Origin: Somniosus microcephalus | Lineage: Eukaryota | Direction: 5' to 3' | DNA length: 64,000 bases | Assembly (NCBI GenBank): GCA_052327205.1 | Contig: JBMRGM010000036.1 | Location: forward strand, 26,164,001-26,228,000 | Shown: positions 27,594 to 40,300 of the stretch, one piece after another | Numbering within the stretch: position 1 is the stretch's first letter | Layout: each line of letters starts with the position of its first letter | Notes under the pieces: generated by a model | Database searches by the model: none | Told to the model about the DNA's origin: nothing | What the model saw: only the letters and a program-made list of their open reading frames with translations | Position numbers and translations under genes: made by a program

Positions 27594-30043
27594 CCTGCCT
27601 TTCTAGCCAACAATCTCCCTGATCAACCACCCAACCATTCACCATTCCCTTCATTCAATCATCCCTACATCCATTCAACTGCTTATCCATTTCACTATCC
27701 CTTAATCAATCTCACATCCACACAAACACCTCTCTATCCAAATCTCTCTACACATTCTACTTTCAATCAACAACTGATCCGTACAGCGTGCCCTTAACTC
27801 TTTCAACCCTCCATCAATTTGACAGCCTCTCCATCCAACATTGCCTCAAATAATCATTCAATTCTTCCACAATTCCTTCCAAAGAACAATCAATCCAACC
27901 AATAAAACTTCATTCATCCAAAAGTGCCTCTAATCATAAATGAATCCATCCATTGAAACTTCAATTTATTCAACATTGCCTACAATTATCATTCAGTCCA
28001 TCCACTGGTTATCAATAATCCAGTACACCCCTTGACTATTCATTCTTCAATCGATTTATGCATTCATTCAAACTCTCATCCATTCAAAACCTATTCCATT
28101 CAATAAACCATCATTGATCTATACATCACCCCCACCAATCATCCATCCATTCAACATCACACCATCCAGCACTCCATCCAAACATCCATCTAGCCACTCA
28201 AACACCTTGCCTTCCAGCACTCCCTTCAATCATTCATCCATTCATTGGACAATGCATCTATCCACCACTGCATCCAAGCATCCCACAATCCATCCATCGA
28301 AACAATTATCCATTCAGTTATCCCTCCATTCAGTCACATCGCCACTCTTTATACCATCCCTGCAATGTCCCCTCCATTCATTAATCCCTTTATCATTTCA
28401 ACTACCTTCCCATCCCGAAATTCGGCCCAGTAATCCATTCAATCAAATAACCACCCATCCATCTCTCCCTACATGCATTTATCTCCAACTCATTCAACCA
28501 CCCTCTGATCCAACTTCCACACCATTCATTCATCCGTTTATCAATTAACCTGCCTTTCTACCCAACAATCTCTCTGATCAACCAGCCAATCAACCATCAC
28601 TCCCTTCATTAATTCATCCCTACATCCATTAAACTACATGTCCATCTCACATCCCTCTAATCAATAACCCATCCACATAAACACTACTCAATATAAAACG
28701 TCTATATTCATTCTACTCTAAATCTAATGACCATCCAACCAGCACACCCTCTATTGTTTCAGCCCTCTATAAATTCAACCACTTCTCAATCCAACAATCC
28801 TTCCAATCATCAGTCAATCCATACACTGAACCGTTCATCCAATATTCCCTCCAATCTTCAACCAATCATCCACTGATTTACAATAATGCAAACTCTCTAC
28901 AATCTTTCATTTACCCGTCCATCGATTCAGTCATTCATTCATTCAAACAATGCTCCATTCAACAACCATTCCATTATTCATTATCTTTTTTCTCTTACCA
29001 TTATTCATCAAATCAACCAATTATCCTTTCAACAACTCCCCATTCAGCATTCCTTCGAAACATCTGTCCATCCAGGCACACACCTGGCCATCGAGCGTAC
29101 CCTTCAATCATTCATCTATCGATTGAACCAGCCATCTATTCATCACTCTCTCCAAATATCCAAGCATCCATCCATTCATCAGCTTCACTCTATTATTTTA
29201 TCCCTCCAGGTTTGAACAATCTCTCCATCCAAAATTGCCTCCAATCTCGTCAATCACTCCACACACGGATTTCTAATCATCCAATAATCCCTACAATCAT
29301 TCATGTATCCATCCATTTATTCATTCAAACTCTAGGCCATTCAAAGCCTCTTCTTTTGAATAATCTATCATTCATCTATCCATCACCTCCACCAGTCATC
29401 CATCCACTCCACATCACACCATCCAGCACTCCTTCCAAATATTCATCAACCAGCATGCTATCCCGTCAAACAATCATCCATCCATTGAACCACACTTTCT
29501 TCTCACTCCCTCCAAACATAGAAGCATCCATCCATCCAACCAGTTTTCTCTGCAAACTTCCCTCCAAATATACCTTAATCCATCCATCGAAACAATTATT
29601 CATTCAACTCTCCCTCCATTCATTCATTCCACCACTCTGTAAATCACCCATCCAATGTCCCCTCCTTTCATTCATCTCTTTATCCATTCAACTAACAGTC
29701 CATCACATTATTTGGACCAATAATCCATCCAATACAACTACACATCCATCCAACTCCACCTACATTCATTTATCTTCCACTCATTCAACCACCCACTCAT
29801 CCACCTTGCACTTCATTCATTTATCCGTTTATCAATTTAATTGCCTTTCGATCCAACAGTCTCACTGAAAAACCACCCATCACTCTCTTCATTCATTCCA
29901 CCCTACATTGCAATTACATATCCATCTCACAATCTCTATAGTCAATATCTAATCCACTCAACCACATCTCTATATAGAAACGCTCTCTATTCATTCTACT
30001 TTCAATCCAAAGATCATTCACACTACACACCCTCTATTGTTTC
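27594..30043. repeat. Satellite-like array, domain 1 continued
   Basis: Resumes in register across the Gypsy TSD (empty motif caattaacctgcctttct, as at ~1230 and ~8132). Colinear with ~7.2-9 kb (ORF-track pair 7834 vs 28245). Confidence 0.9.
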
Positions 30044-31984
30044 GTGGCTAAGTAAAGAAATTAAGGATAGTATTCGACTAAAAACAAGGGCATATAAGGT
30101 AGCCAAATCTAGTGGGAGGATAGAGGATTGGGAAAACTTTAAAAGAAAGCAAAAAATAACAAAAATATTGATTAAGAAAGGGAAGATAGATTATGAAAGT
30201 AAATTAGCAAAAAATATAAAGACAGATAGTAAGAGTTTTTATAGTTATATAAAAAGAAAAAGGGTGGCTAAAGTAAATGTTGGTCCCTTAGAGGATGAGA
30301 CCGGGAAATTAATGGTGGGAAATATGGAGATGGCAAAAACACTGAATGAATATTTTGTATCAGTCTTTACAGTAGAGGACACCAAGAATATCCCAACACT
30401 TGACAAGCAGGGGGCTATAGGGGGGGAGGAGCTAAATACGATTAAAATCACTAAGGAAGTAGTACTTGGTAAAATAATGGGACTCAAGGTGGATAAATCA
30501 CCTGGACCTGATGGCTTACATCCCAGGGTTTTGAGGGAAGTGGCGGTAGGGATTGTGGATGCATTGGTAATAATCTTCCAAAACTCCCTGGACTCAGCAA
30601 AGGTCCCGGCAGACTGGAAAAATGCTAATGTAACACCCTTATTTAAAAAGGGCAGTAGACAGAAGGATGGAAACTATAGACCGGTTAGCCTAACATCTGT
30701 GGTAGGTAAAATTTTGGAGTCCATTATTAAGGAGACAGTAACAGGACATTTGGATAATCATAATTTAATAAGACAAAGTCAGCATGGTTTTATGAAGGGG
30801 AAGTCATGTTTGACAAATTTGCTGGAGTTCTTTGAGGAAGTAACATATAGGGTGGATAAAGGTGAACCAGTGGACGTAGTGTATTTAGACTTCCAAAAGG
30901 CATTTGACAAGGTGCCACACAAAAGATTATTGCTTAAGATAAAAAATCACGGGATTGGGGGTAATATTCTGGCATGGATAGAGGATTGGCTATCTAACAG
31001 AAGGCAGAGAGTTGGGATAAATGGTTCATATTCAGACTGGCAATCAGTAACCAGTGGTGTTCCGCAGGGGTCAGTGCTGGGTCCCCAACTCTTTACAATG
31101 TATATTAACGATTTGGAGGAGGGGAACGAGTGTAACACATCAAAGTTTGCAGATGATACTAAGATGGGAGGGAAAGTAGTGAGTGAGGAGGACATAAAAA
31201 ACCTGCAAGGGGACATAGACAGGCTAAGTAAGTGGGCAGAGATTTGGCAGATGGAATACAATACTGGAAAGTGTGAGGTTATGCACTTTGGCAGGAAAAA
31301 TCGTAGAGCAAGTTATTATCTTAATGGCAAGAAACTTGAAAGTACTGAAGTACAAAGGGATCTGGGGGTCCTGGTGCACGAAACTCAAAAGGTTGTATGC
31401 AGGTGCAGCAAGTGATTAAGAAGGCCAATGGAATGTTGGCTTTCATTGCTAGGGGGATAGAATATAAAAATAGGGAGGTATTGCTTCAGTTGTACAAGGT
31501 ATTGGTGAGACCGCACCTGGAATGCTGCATACAGTTTTGGTGTCCATACTTAAGAAAGGACATACTTGCTCTCGAGTCAGTACAAAGAAGGTTCACTCGA
31601 TTAATCCCGGGGATGAGGGGATGGACATATGAGGAGAGGTTGAGTAGATTGGGACTCTACTCATTGGAGTTCAGAAGAATGAGAGGCGATCTTATTGAAA
31701 CATATAAGATTATGAAGGGGTTGGATCGGGTGGATGCAGGGAGGATGTTCCAGATGATGGGTGAAACTAGAACTAGGGGGCATAGTCTTAGAATAAGGGG
31801 CTGCTCTTTCAAAACTGAGATGAGGAGGAACTACTTCACTCAGAGGGTGGTAGGTCCATGGAATATGCTGCCCGAAAAAGCTGTCGAAGCTACATCATTA
31901 CATAAATTTAAAACAGAAATAGACAGTTTCCTAGTAGAAAAGGGAATTAAGGGTTACGCTGAGCGGGCAGAAATTTGGACATGA
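30044..31984 (+). pseudogene. CR1 ORF2 C-terminal part (reverse transcriptase), one frameshift near 31396
   Basis: KSPGPDGLHPRVL, NYRPVSLTS, QHGFMKGKSCLTNL, YLDFQKAFDKVPH, GVPQGSVLGP, KFADDTK, LVRPHLE, RRMRGDLIETYKI, TRGHSLRI. No endonuclease domain. 'aag gtt gt atg cag' lacks one base, splitting ORFs 29841-31415 and 31397-31984. Confidence 0.94.
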
Positions 31985-32215
31985 GTCTAGGTTCGGATAG
32001 GTCATGGCCCTGTGGGTAGCGGAGCGGGCCCAGGGGCCGTGTAGCCTGATCCTGCTCCTGTTTTCGTGTGTCTAATGCTGTTAGATTCAGGAGATAGTCC
32101 TGTCATAGTGGATTGGCGGTTAGGATCAGATCAGCCATGATCTTATTGAATGGCGGAGCAGGCTCGAGGGGCCAATTGGCCTACTCCTGCTCCTATTTCT
32201 TATGTTCTTATGTTC
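30044..32215 (+). mobile_element. 5'-truncated CR1 LINE (resembles elasmobranch CR1/HER1-type elements), young copy
   Basis: Starts abruptly at ...WLSKEIK; near-intact RT region; 3' end ...ctcctgctcctatttcTTATGTTCTTATGTTC. Empty paralogous site ctctattgtttcagccc at ~28750; TTC occurs at both junctions. Confidence 0.95.
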
Positions 32216-35200
32216 AGCCCTCCATATATCCAACCACCTCTCAATCCAACAATCCTTCCAATCCTCAATGAATCATCCTCTGACACATTCTTCCAATTTC
32301 CCCTCCAATGATCAAATAATCATCCACCGATTTACAATCATCCAACACTCCCTACAATCGTTTCCCATCCATCTATTCAGTCAGTCAGTCATTCATTCAT
32401 TTATTCATTCATCCACGCATCCATTCATCACCCCTGCTATTCAATAATAACCTGTCCTTGCAGTCAAACACCTGGCCATCCAGCGCTCCCTTCACTCATT
32501 CATCTACCGATTGAACCACCATCCATTCATCACTCCCTGCAACTATCCAAGCATCCACTCAGCTACGCTCTCTATTCTTCAATCCCTCGAAAATTGAACC
32601 ACCTCTCCATCCAACATTGCCTCCAATCATCAATCGCTCCATACATGCCAGTCATGCAATACTCTCTACAATCATTCATGTAGCCATTCATTTATGCAAT
32701 CTTTCAAACTCTCATCCATTCAAAACCTCTTCCATTGAATAATCTATCGTTCATCTATACATCACCTCCAACAATCATCCATCCTTTCAACAGCACCCCG
32801 TCCAGCACTCCTTCCAAATATCCATCAACCAGCTGGCCACACCTTCAATCATTCTTCCATCCATTGAACCCTTCCCTCCATCACTCCCTCCAAGCATTCA
32901 TGCATCCAACCATTCTTCTGTGCAAAGCTCCCTCCAAATATACCATAATCCTTCCATTCAACCAATTATCCATTCAACCCTCCCTCCATTCATTGACATT
33001 GCCACACTTTGATCAACACATTAATCTAAATTCCCCTCCATTCATTAATCCCTTTATTTTTTCAGTTCCCTGGCCACCCCACAAATCTGATCAATCTTTC
33101 ATCCATTTCACTCCCCATTCATTCAAGTCTCTGCTCATTCAACCGTTCACTCATCCATCTCCCACTGCAATCATTCCTCTCTTTATCAGGTCAACTCTCT
33201 TTCCATCCACCAATCCCATGGATAAGTGACACAACCATCAATCACTCCCTTCATTCATCCCTACATCCACTCAACTACATATCCATCTCACAATCCAACC
33301 TCCTCTCCACCAATCAAGAGACAATCCATTCATCAACATTGCCTCCAAAGGTCAACCACGCCAGCCTCTAATATCCAATGATCCAACACTCCCTACAATC
33401 ATACATTTATCCTTCCTTCTATCTATTCTCTCAATCGTTCTTTCAGCCTATCATCCATCCGATAGCCCTGCTATTCAAGAATCCTTCCATTATTCAGCTA
33501 TTCACCATATCTACCAATCATCCATCCATTCAACAACTCCCCATCCGGCACGCCTTCCAAACCTTCACCTATCCATTCAACCACCTGGCCATCTGGCGCC
33601 CCCTTCGAATCATTCTCCCTTTACTGAAAGAAGTACTTATCCATCCCACACTTCTGAACAAACACACATCCATTCAACTAGCCAACTATCCAAATTCCAC
33701 TCAGTTAATTCATCCTTTCTTCCAATTTAAATGCCTGTCCAACTCACAAACCCTCTGACCAACCAGACATCTATCCAACTCACTCTCTATTCCTTCATGC
33801 CTTCATCCATTTAACAACTGGCCATTCAGCACTCCCTTGAATCTTTCATCCCTCCATTGAACCCTCCATCCATTCATCACTCCCTCCAACCATCTCTCCA
33901 ACCAATCTACTCTTCAACCCGCCCTCCAAAGAGCCCATCATCTATCCATCCAAACAATTAGCAATTCAACTCTCCCTCCCTTCATTCACACCGCCACACT
34001 TGAAACCAGTCATTTATCCAAAGTCCCCGCCATTTATTCAGCTACCTGCCCATTCCACAATTCGCTCCAATCATCCATCCATTAAACTACCCATTCATCC
34101 AGCTCTCCCTCCACTCAACCATCCACTCATCCAACTCTCTCTCCATCCTTTCAACTCTCCACTCATTCACCCACCCACTCGTCCAACTGTCACTCCATTC
34201 ATTCATCTCTTTTTCAATTAAACTCACTTTCCATCCAACAATCCCTCTGGTCAACCACCAAACCATCCACCACTCCCTTCATTCATTCATCCCTAAATCC
34301 ATTCAACTGCCTACCCATCTGACAATCCCCCTAATCAATCTCCCAACCACTCAAAACTTTCTAAAATCATTCTGATCTAAGACCACAGCCCAGCAATCCA
34401 ACAGATTCTGTCATCTTTCATCCCTCGACAAATTCAATAATCTCTCCATCAAACATTGCCTCCAATGATCATTCAGTCCATCCCCTGGTTTCCCATCGTC
34501 CAATACTCCCTACAATCATTCATTTTTCCATTCATTAATGCATTCATTCAAACACTCATGCAATCAAAACGTCTTCTATTCAATAATCCATGAATCATCT
34601 AACCACAACTTCAGCCAATCATCCATCCATTCAACGTCTTCCCATTCCGCATTCCCTCTAAACATCCATTCATCCATTCCTTCACCTGGCCATCCAGAAA
34701 TCCCTTCAACCATTCATCTATCAATCGAACCACCCATCCATCCATCCATCACTCCCTCCAACCAGCCAAACATCCATCCAACCTGTCTTCTATCCCACCT
34801 GCCTTCCAAATATCCCACAATCGAGCCATCCAAACAATTATCCATTCAACTCTCCCTCCATTGTTTTCCATTACCGTGGATGAAACCAGCGATTCTTTGA
34901 ACTTCCCTTTGATATTTTCAACCCTTTATCAATTGAACTACCTGTCCATCCCACAATTCTGATCAATAATCCATCCATTCAACCACCGATCCATCCAACT
35001 CTCCCACCATTCCGAGATTTTCCACTAATTTTATCTCCCACTAATCCAACTCTCCCTCTACTCATTCACCTCACCTCTCATCCATACAACCATGACATTC
35101 ATTCATCCGTTTTTCAATTGAACTGCCATTCCATCCAACAATCTCTCTGCTCAACCATCCATCACTCACTTAATTCATCCATTCCTACTTCCATTCAACA

Positions 35201-38200
35201 ACATATCCATCTGACAATTCCACCAATCAATCTCCCATCCACTCAAACATCTCTCTATATTAATTAATTGTGCTCTCAAACCATAGCTCATCAGCCCAGC
35301 ACATCCTCTATTCTCTCATCATTCAATAAATTCAACCACCTCTTCATCCAACATTGCCTCCAAAGATCAACTAATCCATCCATTGATTCCCAATGCCCCA
35401 ACACTAACTGTATTCATTATTTTATCCATTCATTCAAACATTCATCCATTCAACACGCCTGCTATTCCATAGTCATTTCATTATGCATCTTTTCTTTTAT
35501 TCTTGTCATTATTCATCCTATCAACCAGTCATCTGTTCAATCAGCTCCCCATCCAGCATTCATTCTGAACATCCATCCATCTAGTCAGGCAGCTGGTTAT
35601 CCAGCTCGCCCCTCAATCATTCATCCGCCCTGTGAACCACCCATCCATCCAGCACTCAGGCCAACCATTGACTCACCCAGTATTATATCCAACATTCTCT
35701 CCACACATCATGCACTGCATCAGTGCAAAACATTCTCCATTAAACTCTAACTCCATCCATCCAACTTCCCGTACATTCATTCATACATTTATCAACCAAA
35801 ATACCTGTCCATCCTACAATTCTACTGACTAATCATCCATCCATTCAACTACACATCTATCCAAATGACATTACATTCACTCATCCTTTTATCATTTCAA
35901 CTTCCTGCCCATCCGACACTCTCTCTATTAATTCATTCCTTCATCCATTTAACCAAATTTCCACCGATCAGTCCCTTCATTCATTCATCGTTTTATCCAG
36001 TCAACTGCCTATACATCTCACAATCTCTCCTATCAATCACCCATCCACTCAAACACCTATTTCCACGACTCTCTCTATTCACCCTGCCTTCAATCCACAA
36101 CCCATCCATCCAGCAAGCCCGCTGTTCTTTAATCCCTTGTTAAAGTTAACCACCTCCCCATCCTTCTTTCCCACAGATCATGAATCAAACCATCTGCAAA
36201 ACCAACTATTCATCCAACATTCCCTTCAGTCATCAACCAATCCATCCACTGATTTCCAGTCATCCAATACTCCCTACAATCATTCACTTATCCATCCATT
36301 TATGCATACATTCAACCACTCATCCATTCAAAACCTCTTCTATTGAATACTCCATCATTCATCTATCCATGATTTCCACCAATTATCCTTCATTTCAACA
36401 CCTCCCTCTCCAACAATCCTTTAAAACAGTCATCTAACCATTGATTAATCTTGCCATCCAGCACTACCTTCAATCATTCATCCATACATTGAAAGTTCCA
36501 TCCATCCATCCATCAGTTCCTCCAACCATCCAGCCAGTCTTCAATACCACCCAGCCGCCAAACATACGACAATCATCCATTCAACCAATTATTCATTCAA
36601 CTCTTATTCCATTCATTCACAGCACCATTCTTTAAACCACCCATAAGACCCTTGCATTCATTCATCCCTTTATCAATTCAACTACCTGTCCATCCCATAA
36701 TTCAGACCAATCATCCATCCATTAAATTAGCATCCATCTAGCTCTCCCTCCATTCATTCATCTTCCACTCATACAAACACAAATTCATCCAACTCATTCA
36801 TTCATCTCACAAGTCATTCAACCTCCCACGCACCCAACATCCTCTCCATTCATTCATCCCTTTATCAATTCAACTACCTGTCCAGCCCATTATTCTGACC
36901 AATAATAGACGTTTATTCTCTAGAATTGAGAAGAATGCGAGTTGATCTCACTGAAACAGACACAATTGTTACAGGGCTTGACAGGATAGATGCTGGGAGG
37001 ATGTTTCCCCTGGCTGGTGAGTCTAGAACCAGCGGTCACTGTCTCAGGAATAAGGGGTCGGCCATTTAGGACAGGGATGAGGAGAAATTTCTTCACTCAG
37101 AGGGTTGTGAATCTCTGGAATTCTCTAGCCTAGATGGCTGTGGAGCTTCTGTCGTTGAGTATGTTCAAGACAGAGATCGATAGATTTTTGACGAAGGGAT
37201 CAAGGGATATGGGATAGTGCAAGACAGTGTAGATGAGGCAAAAATCAGCCATGATCTTATTGAATGGCGAAGCAGGCTCAAAATGCCAAATGGCCGACTC
37301 CTGCTCTTATTTCTTATGTTCCTTTGTTCAGCTACCCGTCCATTCAAGTCTCCCTCCATTCATTCATCCCTTTATCAATTAAACTGCCTTTCTATCCAAC
37401 AATCTCTCTGATCCACCACCCAGCCACCCATCACACCATTCATTCATTTATCCCTACATCCGATCAATTACAAATCCATTTCACATTCCCTCCAATCAAT
37501 CATCCATCCACTCAACCACTTCTCTATACAACACACTCTCTTTCATTCTAATCTAAATTCACAGACCATCCATTCAACACAACCTGTATTATTTCATCCC
37601 TCCATAAATTCAACCAATTCTCCATCCAACATTGCCTCTAATCATCATTTAATCCATCTTCCGAGCCAATCAGTCATTCAGCATTTCCTCCAATCATCCG
37701 TCCCTCCATTGAACCACCCACCCATCACTCCCTCCAACCATCCATCCATCCAACCAGGCTTGTATCTCACCCACCCTCCAAACACAACATAATCCATCCA
37801 ATCAATTATCCATTCAACTTTCGCTCCATTCATTCACATTGCCACTCTTTAAACCACCCGCTCACCCAACTTCCAATTAATTAATTCATCCCTTTATCAA
37901 ATAAACTTCCTTCCCATCAAACAAACCCTATGATTAACTGGCCAATCATCCATCGCTCCCTTCATTCATTTATCACTACATCCATTCAACTGCCTATCCA
38001 TCAAACAATCTCTCTGATCAAACACCTCTGTCCAAAACTCTCTCTATTCCTTCTACTCTCAATTCACAGCCCGTCCATCCAGCATACCTTGTAATCTCTC
38101 ATCCCTTCATTAATTCAAACCCTCTCCATCCAACATTCCTTCCAATCCTCAATCAATCCATTCGCAGAACCTTTCATCTAAGGTTGCATCCAATCATTAA

Positions 38201-40300
38201 GAAATCCATCATCCAATACGCCCTATAATCATTCATGTTGCCATCCGTTTATGCATTCATTCATTCTCTCATACATACAACACATCTTCTATTCAATCCA
38301 GCACTCCGTTCAATCATTCAGCCATCCATTGAACCACCCATCCATCCACCCATCGCTACCAGCACTCTGCCCAAACATCCCACCATCTAAAATACAACCA
38401 AATCTCTATTAATCTCTCCTTCTATCGTTTCACATCACCATTGATTAAACCACTCACCCATTTAAATTCAACCATCCAAAGTTCCCTCCAATCATCATTC
38501 AATTCTTCTGCAGAAACATCCATTCATCCAACATTGCCTGCAATCATCAATCAATCCAGCTATTGATATATAATCAGCCAATACTCCCTACAATCATTCA
38601 TGTATCCATCATTGTATGCATTCGTTCAACTTCTCATCCATCCAACACCTCTACTTTTGAATAATCCATCATTCATCTATCCATCGCCTCAACCAATCAT
38701 CCACCTTTTCAACACCGCCCCATCCAGCACTCCTTCCAAACATCCATCCATCCACCTGGCAATCCAGTACTCCCTTCAATCATTCATCCATCCATTCATC
38801 CACCCATCCATCTATCCATCCATCTATCACTACCTCCAACTATCCAACCATCCATCCATCCAATCAGCTTTCTATCCCACCCTCCCTCCACACATCCCAC
38901 AATCCATCCATTCAACCAATTGTCCATTCATTCGTTTGCTGTTCTCTAAACAAGCCCTTCATCCTAATTCCAATCCATTCAATCATCCCTTTATCAATGG
39001 AACTGGTTGTCCATTCTACAATGCCTTTGATCAACTATCCTTCCACTCAACATATCCTCTGTTCATTCATCCCTCGGTCCATTCAACCACTGCTCCATTC
39101 ATTCATTCATCCCTTTATTCATTAAACTACCTGCGCTTCCACAATCCCTCTAATCAATCACCCATCCACTCAAACAACTCTCTGGCCAACGCTCACTATT
39201 AATTTTTCCTACAATGCACAACCCATCCATCTAACCAGGCTTCTATTCTTTAATCCATCCATAAATACAACCACTTATCCATTCAACATTTTCTCTTCAA
39301 TCAATTCATCCACTGAAACATTCCCTCCAACCATCAATCAATCCATCCACTGCAATTTCAATCAGCCAATACTTCCAACAATCACTCAGTCATCCATCAA
39401 TCCATCCATTCAATGATCGGCCCCTCCAACACTACATCCTTCCATTCAAACAACTCTCCATCCAACACTGTCTCCAATAGTTCATCTTTGCAATAATTCA
39501 GTCCCCATCCATCGAACTGTCCCTCCACTCGTTGAACCCTTTATCAATTCAAGTACCAGCCCTTCCATATATCCCTCTGACCCACTCAACCACCCATCCT
39601 TCACTTTCTCCATTCATTCATCTTTCCATCCACTTAACGACCATTACATCCAACATTCGCTGCATTCACTCACTTCTGCATACATTCAACCACCCATGCA
39701 TCCAACATTCTATCCAACACTACCTCCATCCATGCAACCAGTTATCCACCCAACCGCCCCTCTATTGAGGCATCTCTATCAATTCAACTTCATGTCCATC
39801 CCATAATCCCTCTGACCAATCATCCATCCATTCAACTCACTCTCCAAATATTCAACCAATTCTTCATCCATCACTTATCCATTCACTACCTCATCATTCA
39901 CTTAAACACTGATCTAAAAAAACACTCCCTCCATTCATTTAACTCTCCGCCCATTCAATCATTCATCCCTCCATCCATTCAACCAATTCTCCATCCATCA
40001 CTGGCCTCCATCCACTCACCTCTTCATTCATTCAAACACTCAACTAACCAACACCATCTCCATACATGTATCTCCCAATTCATTCAACCACTCTTCTATC
40101 CAACACTCCCTCCATTCATTCATTCTTCCATCCATTCAACCAATTCTCCATCCAGCACTCTCTCCATTTATTTCCCTCTCCATCTATTCAACCTATTCGC
40201 CATCCAGCACTCTCTCCATCTATTTACCGCTCCATCTATTCAACCAATTCTTCATCCACACTCTCTCCAATCATTTAGCTTTCCACACATTCAAACAACC
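32216..40300. repeat. More diverged zone of the same satellite-like family
   Basis: Same strand bias and shared motifs (atccctttatcaattcaactacctgtccatccc; ctcccttcaatcattcatcc), but beyond ~33.2 kb I could not find a close long paralog in the window. Boundaries are approximate. Confidence 0.75.
36906..37329 (+). mobile_element. Short, older CR1 LINE 3' fragment
   Basis: Homologous to ~31650-31980 plus the final tail (ttattctctagaattgagaagaatgcgagttgatctc...ttcttcactcagagggttgtg...atcagccatgatcttattgaatggcg...ctcctgctcttatttcttatgttc). More decayed, with a single tail. Confidence 0.92.

Noticed and set aside
21950-27797. ORFs 21950-22159 and 27528-27797 with the same N-terminus
   Set aside because: The shared part is simply LTR sequence, with TTG starts and unrelated continuations.
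29841-31415. 524-aa ORF fusing satellite-derived residues to CR1 reverse transcriptase (possible domesticated chimera)
   Set aside because: It starts at TTG, an open upstream frame is expected by chance in this stop-poor DNA, the endonuclease is missing and there is a frameshift at ~31396.
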